A stretch of DNA of 56,648 bases from a virus (Duplodnaviria > Caudoviricetes). The position numbers and the translations under genes are program-made. Below are positions 55,340 through 56,648 of the stretch, piece by piece. Position 1 is the stretch's first letter, and every line of letters starts with the position of its first letter. The notes below the pieces were generated by a model, which saw nothing but the letters and a program-made list of their open reading frames with translations, ran no database searches and had not been told where the DNA came from. Location of the stretch: positions 1 through 56,648 of IMG/VR virus record IMGVR_UViG_3300032225_002228; one strand, 5' to 3'.

Positions 55340-55846
55340 TCACCAACTAGCCCGATAGATAAACCAATCATTCTCGCTATTAGACAACACGCGGTCAATC
55401 ATAGCGATGGTATTCTGCAAGTCTTGAAAATACCACTCGTCATACTCAAGTCCGCCAAAAAAGAATCCAGCGCGGGTAGGTAGAAGTTCCTCTGCCACCT
55501 TAGTAGAGTTATTGCTCTCATACTCTGAAACAGCAAGCGCACAGTAATCACGCAAGGTAGTAAGGTTATCACGACTCAAACCAATGTCTTGGCAGTTATC
55601 CTCGCCATCGGCAAAGTTCTCAACGATGTAGTTGTGAATAGAGTTAGCCTTGCGCCAATAACCGACAGGGATTCTTACAGTCATTCCCGTCCAAGAGTCG
55701 GGGTCAAGCAGGTGGGTAGCGTCAAGAATGGTGGCAAGATTAGTGAAAGTCTGATTGTCGGTCACATTCAAGTCACCACCCTCGCTGCGGTCATAGTCCT
55801 TTGCTGATACATACTTTTCGACATAGAGATACATGTCCAAGCCCAT
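55340..55846 (-). CDS. Conserved phage protein (MGLDMYL...YWRKAN...GFFFG...YRASW type)
   Basis: Recognisable motif set; GAAAGG RBS. Confidence 0.78.
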   Translation of the reverse strand: MGLDMYLYVEKYVSAKDYDRSEGGDLNVTDNQTFTNLATILDATHLLDPDSWTGMTVRIPVGYWRKANSIHNYIVENFADGEDNCQDIGLSRDNLTTLRDYCALAVSEYESNNSTKVAEELLPTRAGFFFGGLEYDEWYFQDLQNTIAMIDRVLSNSENDWFIYRASW

Positions 55847-55882
55847 TGTTATTGCCTTTCGTTGTTGGTGTTTGTTGAGATT

Positions 55883-55904
55883 ATTCTAGCACAAAGGTCA
55901 GACA
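55883..55904 (-). promoter_or_regulatory. TGTCAG-box promoter TGTCTGACCTTTGTGCTAGAAT
   Basis: 22-bp repeat copy. Confidence 0.75.
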
Positions 55905-56188
55905 TCATAGTCTGCGTCATAGTCATAGTCGGTAGTCCACGCGCCTAAATGGTGTTGTTCGATGATAGCCCAAGCAGGTGCTTCGCTCTTGCCCTTGTAT
56001 GAAACGCCTTCGGGCATAGGAATAAGCGCATCGCAGTCATCTGCCCAATAAGCGTCAATGGCTGTAATACAAGGCTCAACCATAGACAACGGGACGGGGG
56101 GATAGTGATTGCCTTGCAAGTGCCAACCAATAGCCTGCTCCATAGTAAGACCGCTATCGGCGATTTCCACAGAAGTCATGTAGCCCAT
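55898..56188 (-). CDS. Hypothetical protein (HLQGNHYPPVP...HHL type)
   Basis: AAGGAG RBS; stop inside the TGTCTGA box. Confidence 0.75.
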   Translation of the reverse strand: MGYMTSVEIADSGLTMEQAIGWHLQGNHYPPVPLSMVEPCITAIDAYWADDCDALIPMPEGVSYKGKSEAPAWAIIEQHHLGAWTTDYDYDADYDV

Positions 56189-56219
56189 TTATTTCTCCTT
56201 TGTTGGTGTGATAGAACAT

Positions 56220-56241
56220 ACTCTACCATACCCCTCTGACA
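56220..56241 (-). promoter_or_regulatory. TGTCAG-box promoter TGTCAGAGGGGTATGGTAGAGT
   Basis: 21/22 identical to the 55102 copy. Confidence 0.8.
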
Positions 56242-56281
56242 TCGTAATCATCGGGGTGGGCTTAAGGGGGCGGTGCCGCCC
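56241..56281. repeat. Cassette elements ATCGTAAT and GGGCGGTGCCGCCC
   Basis: Same order as other cassettes. Confidence 0.75.
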
Positions 56282-56418
56282 TATTCAAAACTCTTGATTA
56301 GGGCTGGATTGTAAAATGATGAATTAGGGTCTGCGCATTTTTCATAGCATAAATGACACAGTGGAATATTATCTACTTGTTCACTAGAACCACGACACAA
56401 GAAACATTTGTCACTCAT
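56281..56418 (-). CDS. Small Zn-finger protein
   Basis: Start MSDKCFLC...CHLC. Confidence 0.55.
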   Translation of the reverse strand: MSDKCFLCRGSSEQVDNIPLCHLCYEKCADPNSSFYNPALIKSFE

Positions 56419-56569
56419 AGGGAAGACTCTCCAACTGTCGAATGTATTTATCTGTGAAGTTGTCCATTGACTTGACAAAATTTTCCCATGCTTTATCTCC
56501 AAAGTCCCTCCCAACAGAGTCAGTAAACCAATCGCGGGGGAAAAAGAATTTGCGGTCTTGTGCTGGCAT
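56411..56569 (-). CDS. 52-aa hypothetical protein (not in ORF track)
   Basis: AGGA RBS; MPAQDRKFFFPRDWF... Confidence 0.55.
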   Translation of the reverse strand: MPAQDRKFFFPRDWFTDSVGRDFGDKAWENFVKSMDNFTDKYIRQLESLPYE

Positions 56570-56603
56570 TAGTATCCTGCTTTCTCTAAGATTTGTAAGA
56601 GTG

Positions 56604-56633
56604 ATTGTATCTCATTAGGGGTCAATTTGTCAA
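56604..56633 (-). promoter_or_regulatory. Sigma70-type promoter TTGACA-18-TACAAT
   Basis: Consensus hexamers upstream of ATG 56569. Confidence 0.6.
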
Positions 56634-56648
56634 TAGCATCTTGGTCAA

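Noticed and set aside
48627-56241. 22-bp repeats as a CRISPR array or integron attC sites
   Set aside because: Spacing is irregular (0.1-1.8 kb) and contains whole genes; the middle of the repeat is degenerate; no attC-like fold or integrase in the window
1-56648. Stop-codon reassignment
   Set aside because: Genes tile densely in code 11 using TAA, TAG and TGA; no suppressor tRNA found

Overview
The window is a 56.6 kb piece of a large, AT-rich, lytic tailed phage of Actinobacteria. WhiB, an Lsr2-like protein and an actinobacterial-type tmRNA point to the host group. The DnaB-primase-SSB-DnaE-MazG-RecA-Cas4-RuvC-terminase order resembles Streptomyces cluster BE/BK phages; that placement is inferred from gene content, not from a search. 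Positions 1-47.8 kb are transcribed on +. They hold, in order: end of the tail-fibre module, replication/recombination genes, a 14-gene nucleotide-sugar/glycosyltransferase island (19.0-29.3 kb), terminase, lysis genes, stress/proteostasis genes, five tRNAs and a tmRNA. Positions 48.3-56.6 kb are transcribed on - and look like an early (host-takeover) region of small genes plus three tRNAs. The most striking unexplained structure is in that arm. It has 12 copies (plus one on + at 46248) of a 22-bp promoter-like element, TGTC(A/T/G)G-N7-TGnTAnnnT, with a conserved box where the -35 should be but at the wrong spacing. These copies sit in a repeated intergenic cassette (GC palindrome, ATCGTAAT boxes, 16-bp operator-like palindrome). 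The same arm is almost free of GATC, AGCT and CCGG, which suggests first-injected DNA. All motif counts are manual reads and should be confirmed computationally.
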